Program-made: the position numbers and the translations under genes
In this document: in pieces, positions 59,975-64,000 of the stretch
Numbering within the stretch: position 1 is the first letter of the stretch
Layout of the letters: each line of letters opens with the position of its first letter
Notes under the pieces: generated by a model
What the model saw: only the letters and a program-made list of their open reading frames with translations
Databases searched by the model: none
What the model was told of the DNA's origin: nothing
Origin: Podarcis melisellensis
Lineage: Eukaryota
Assembly (NCBI GenBank): GCA_964234715.1
Contig: OZ174288.1
Length of the DNA stretch: 64,000 nucleotides
Reading direction: 5' to 3' (one strand)

Positions 59975-61299
59975 TCTCTCAGGCACTCTTGCAAAAGAGC
60001 ACAGGGAAGAAGGGTTGTCAGCAGAGCCGGCCACTCTGACATTTCTTACTAGCTACTGATAATCCAAAGCAAACTTGTCTTCTTTATAATGCTCCTTTGT
60101 ATTGTGGCATTTTAATGCTTTTGTTTTACTGGAATGTTAATTATTTGTAAGCTGCCCAGGGATGTTCCTGAATGTGGGGTATAGGTAAATTTTAAAATGG
60201 TAGCACTATCTTTATGGATTTCTTCCAAGCCTCTTCAGCCATCTAGGACATCCTCCCTTCCTCTAAAACTTCCAGCCAAAATGCCTCATAATGAATCAGA
60301 ATGGCAGGTCCACTTTCATATTAATACCTGCTCTGACTCTCCAGATTCTAAAACTGAAGCATTTCTAAATCCACATTTTACTTGCAGTTGATTCAGTTTA
60401 CCAGCAGAGCTCATTACCCACAAATTACTGGAGAGGCTTGGATTATGCAGTTTAGCAGCCAAAGACAGAGGAGGTGCCCTGCCTGAAGACTGGGACATCA
60501 AGAGACACTGAACAAGAAGGGGACAGGGAGAGGGCAGCTTGGAGAGGTTGGACAGCCAAACCCTACAGCAAAGTATGGCAGGGAGTGGCGCAAATTTGTG
60601 CTGGCCTTAGCAGTATTAATCATGGATTGAGCAGTACTGTACTAGTATATTATTCATTGTTTATTTACTATATATCCAGGCTGTCAGGATCATAGGGTTG
60701 TTTACAATATTCATCTTAAACAAAAGTAAAGGATAGTAACTAAATCAAAAGAATACAACCAAAGAATTAAAATATTATTTCTGTAGTCAACTCTGCACTT
60801 CCAATTTCAGCACTCCTTGCTCTCCTTGCAAAGGCTTGGGGGGGGGGGGGAGAGAAGGAAAGCATTAAGGCAGTCTTCCCCAACTATCCTCCCTCCAAAA
60901 TGTATTGGATGACAACTCCCATCAGCCCCAACCAGTATGGTCAATGGTCAGGGATTATGGAAGTCATAAAACAGTCTGTAGGGCACCAGATAGGGGAAGA
61001 CAGCCTCCAGGAGAGGAACCCATACTTAAGTGACCTGCATGTCTGCAAAAGGGGAAGAGCAGTGTGCCACAGAGAGAAGCTCTGGGGAAGCGGACCTTGG
61101 GGAGAGGAGGGGCAGGGGACCCTCTGTAGCCCTCCAGATGTTGCTCGACAAATACCAACAGGCGGCATGTAAGCCAAGAATGGGTGGGAGCTGTTCCCAG
61201 CTACACCTGCAGGGTACCAGCGACCCCATCTTTGGCAGCCTTAGCCAGCCTGGCGCCGCCCTCCAGGTGTTTGGGCCTGCGAGGACCTCTAGTGGTTCC

Positions 61300-61990
61300 G
61301 GCTGCGGTTCTGGGCTCCGAGGCGCCAGGCTGGCCGGGGTTGCTTTGGGGTCTGACCGGTTCACATCCACACACTGCCTCGGCGTGGAGGACAGCACAAA
61401 AGCGGCCTCAGGTTCACCCTGCGAGGAGGAGGGTCCTCGACGGCCCCCTTCCGCAGGGACGAGAGGAGTCACCGGGGGCGGGAGAGGGGTCGGCGGGGCA
61501 CCTTCGAGGCTTCCCGGGCCGGAGAGACCCCAGGGCTGCGCCGCCACCGGCAGGCCTGTGGGCTCTTTCGCCCCACCGCCACTCATTCCTCCTGGCGACT
61601 CCTTACCGGCCCCGCGGCTTCCCCCGGGGCGGCGGCGGCGCCTGGGCCTCGGGCTGCCTCGGGCCCTGACGCGGTCACCATGCCGACAGCGGGCCCCGCC
61701 CCCTCGGGCGGACGCGGACGAAGGGGCGGGGCCGAAGCGCACGACCATAAAGGGCGGTTCGAAGGATGGAGCGCCGCTTCCTTCTACTGCGCTTCTGCAT
61801 TTCGTCATCGCCTGTCGACCTCCTCTTTGTGACGTGAGGCGGGATCTCGCTCGCTGTTGGCCTGCGTTGTGATTCGATTTACATGGACCATCAAGCCGCG
61901 CTTCTCGGATTTGCTCATTCCTATTGGACGTCTCTTCCCTGACATGGCGGTGGGGAGAGAGAGAGGGAGTGTGGAAGCGGATATCCGGTC
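61300..61990 (-). promoter_or_regulatory. CpG island; probable TTLL13 promoter and first exon (donor CCG|gtaagg at 61607/61606)
   Basis: CpG rich with GC boxes, a TGACGT CRE-like motif at ~61830-61835, ATTGG at ~61923 and a strong minus-strand donor. Confidence 0.55.
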
Positions 61991-63176
61991 TCGGAGATTC
62001 CTGTTTAGAGTCCTTGCTGCCTGTGACAGCATTAGAAAGCCAATGAGCAGCCTCTCTCCTCTCTTCTTCCTTTGTGTTTATCTGGACATTATTTGACCTT
62101 GTTTTTAAAAAGCGTCATTAAATAAATACATAGATGTAAAATAAAAAGGTGGCCCTGAAAGAAACCGAAATCACCTCTATCATGCCAAAGTGTGCAAGTT
62201 TTAGAGTTATCCAAAACTTCTTCACGGAAAGGACCATTAATGGCTACTAGCCACGATGGCTTTTCCCTGCCTTCACAGGCGAAGGAAGCAATGCTTCTGA
62301 CTACTAGTTTCTGAAAGCAACAAGAAGGGATAGTGCTGTTCTTGTGCCTAAATCCTACTTGATGGTTCAGCTAGGATGTTAGACTAGATGGGCCATTGGC
62401 CTGATCCAGTAGGTTCTTATGTTCTTAATAGGAGGTGTATTGAGCAAATAAATACCACCAGAGCTGCAGGACTTGTTATTCAGGGGTGGCTCAGGCAATA
62501 CTAGGGCATTTTTGTAAAGACAAGATCTCTACAACCAGTGCCCAAGGCTCATGCTTATCCCACGCTGGCTTTCAGTAGCATGGCATTGTATACAACCCTA
62601 CTTTTTTGCAACAGTTTGTTTATATATGAAGATGTCAAATTAAGGATGTGCCCAATTAGATCCTTGGCCCATCTGGCTCAGTATTGTCTACACTGACAGG
62701 GGCTCTAACTGGGAATGCTTAGGGATCACACATACTCAGTTTAGCACTCAAACAATGCAGAGCAGGATTCCTAGTCCAAGCCCAGGCAGCATCTCCCAGT
62801 GGGGCCGGCAAAGATTCCTACCTGGTACCTTAGAGATCTCACACCTGACATTGTAGACCAGAGGTAACAAGCGTGGTGCCCACCTAGATGTGGACTTTGA
62901 TTCCCTTAATTGGTTATGTTGGCAACTCCTGGGGTGCACAATACTGAGCTAAATGGTCTGATTCCGTGTAAGCACTTTAAGGAAAGCAAATATTGTGTTA
63001 CAGCTTGTGAGTCAAAAGAACAAAGGCGGGAATTCAGTTGAATTTATGCTTTAATGACCAGCAATTTTGCATGTCCTCCTACCATGGTATTTGTGGGTAA
63101 ACAAGGTCTCTCTCCCCTCCTTACTGAACCGGCACACATTAGCAGAATTTCCAGAAGCACAACCATCCCTGTGACA

Positions 63177-64000
63177 TCACTCTTTGAGGAGGGCCACCAG
63201 CTCACACTGGAGCTGGGAAAACAGAGAGTCTGGGAGGAGACATTTCTGAAGGGTGTGAATGGCCAGTGCTTCTGTGAGACTCTCAAAATCTTGGGCAGTT
63301 TTGATGGGCAGGTGCCCTGCCAACTCGCAGAGAGCCACATTGAATGCAGACTCTTCTTTGGTACCAAAACAGGATTTCCTGGCCCAGACTATGATCCGGA
63401 TTCCAGGTCGGGCTCCTGAGTGGACGGGCCCCTCTGGTTTAGCACCCCTGGTTATGAACAGGTTGTGAGCGATCTCCTTCTTTACCAGATAGTTGGTGAC
63501 CTGGCAAACACGCTCTGCCAGCTCCTCTAACTGCTGCCCCTCACTATAGAAGACGAAGCAGGGAACTGGGACCTCCTGCAGCAGATAGAAGTTTGCTTCG
63601 GGCAGGAGAGGCTCACAGGAGGCTGATTCAACCAGCAGCTCCCAGTTCAAGTAAAAGCCATGCAGGTGCAAGTGGTTGACCGAGGCAAACGCCCCAAGGC
63701 TGTTGAAACCCACACGGAAGCCAGGGTGGCCACTGAGGAGGACAGCATCCAGGCCAAAGCAGATGACCTGTGGGGTGAGGATCTGTGGCAATGAGAGTGT
63801 GTGATCAGGGATGAGAAGGACGTGCCCAAACTCCAAAGGGCTGACATTGATCACGACAAGGACAAAGGCAGAGCCAGGCGGAAACTGAGCGCCCGCAAAG
63901 CAGGGCCTGGAGGACGTCTGGCCCCTAGACATGCCAAAGAGAATCTCCTCAGGCCGGATTTTGCTGAAGTTGAACTGCTGGGGGTCAAATCTCTGCTGGA
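63177..64000 (-). CDS. GDPGP1: GDP-D-glucose phosphorylase 1 (VTC2-like, HIT family), 3' part; start lies beyond the window end
   Basis: Uninterrupted reading frame from the window edge ([20 protein letters not shown]) to the stop at 63177. Motifs [56 protein letters not shown]. Syntenic with TTLL13. Confidence 0.94.
   Translation of the reverse strand, partial: QQRFDPQQFNFSKIRPEEILFGMSRGQTSSRPCFAGAQFPPGSAFVLVVINVSPLEFGHVLLIPDHTLSLPQILTPQVICFGLDAVLLSGHPGFRVGFNSLGAFASVNHLHLHGFYLNWELLVESASCEPLLPEANFYLLQEVPVPCFVFYSEGQQLEELAERVCQVTNYLVKKEIAHNLFITRGAKPEGPVHSGARPGIRIIVWARKSCFGTKEESAFNVALCELAGHLPIKTAQDFESLTEALAIHTLQKCLLPDSLFSQLQCELVALLKE

Noticed and set aside
61026-61872. 260-aa and 280-aa ORFs on both strands
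   Set aside because: Stop-poor CpG island giving low-complexity G/P/R translations.

Overview
Gene-dense, GC-rich vertebrate genomic DNA with short introns. The repeat content (Sauria SINE, CR1/L2, Tigger/hAT MITEs) points to a squamate, probably a lacertid-type lizard. The block is syntenic with human 15q26.1 / mouse chr7. Hand-built exon chains, checked for splice phase, give seven complete known genes: UNC45A(+), RCCD1(+), PRC1(-), VPS33B(-), HDDC3/MESH1(-), NGRN(-) and TTLL13(-). The 3' part of GDPGP1(-) runs off the window end. The main unexpected element is an apparently intact 3-exon SHISAL1/KIAA1644-like gene (signal peptide, 6-Cys Shisa domain, one TM helix) at 2572-4260. It occupies the position where mammals have HDDC3. 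Its last coding exon runs through the UNC45A CpG-island promoter and overlaps the UNC45A start exon in another frame, with no nearby polyA signal. Other items are a ~1.2 kb foldback palindrome abutting the RCCD1 promoter, a nested CR1>LTR>MITE stack in PRC1 intron 2, two GC-AG introns and a candidate TTLL13 uORF. All calls were made by eye, and protein identities and repeat families rest on recalled sequences rather than database searches.
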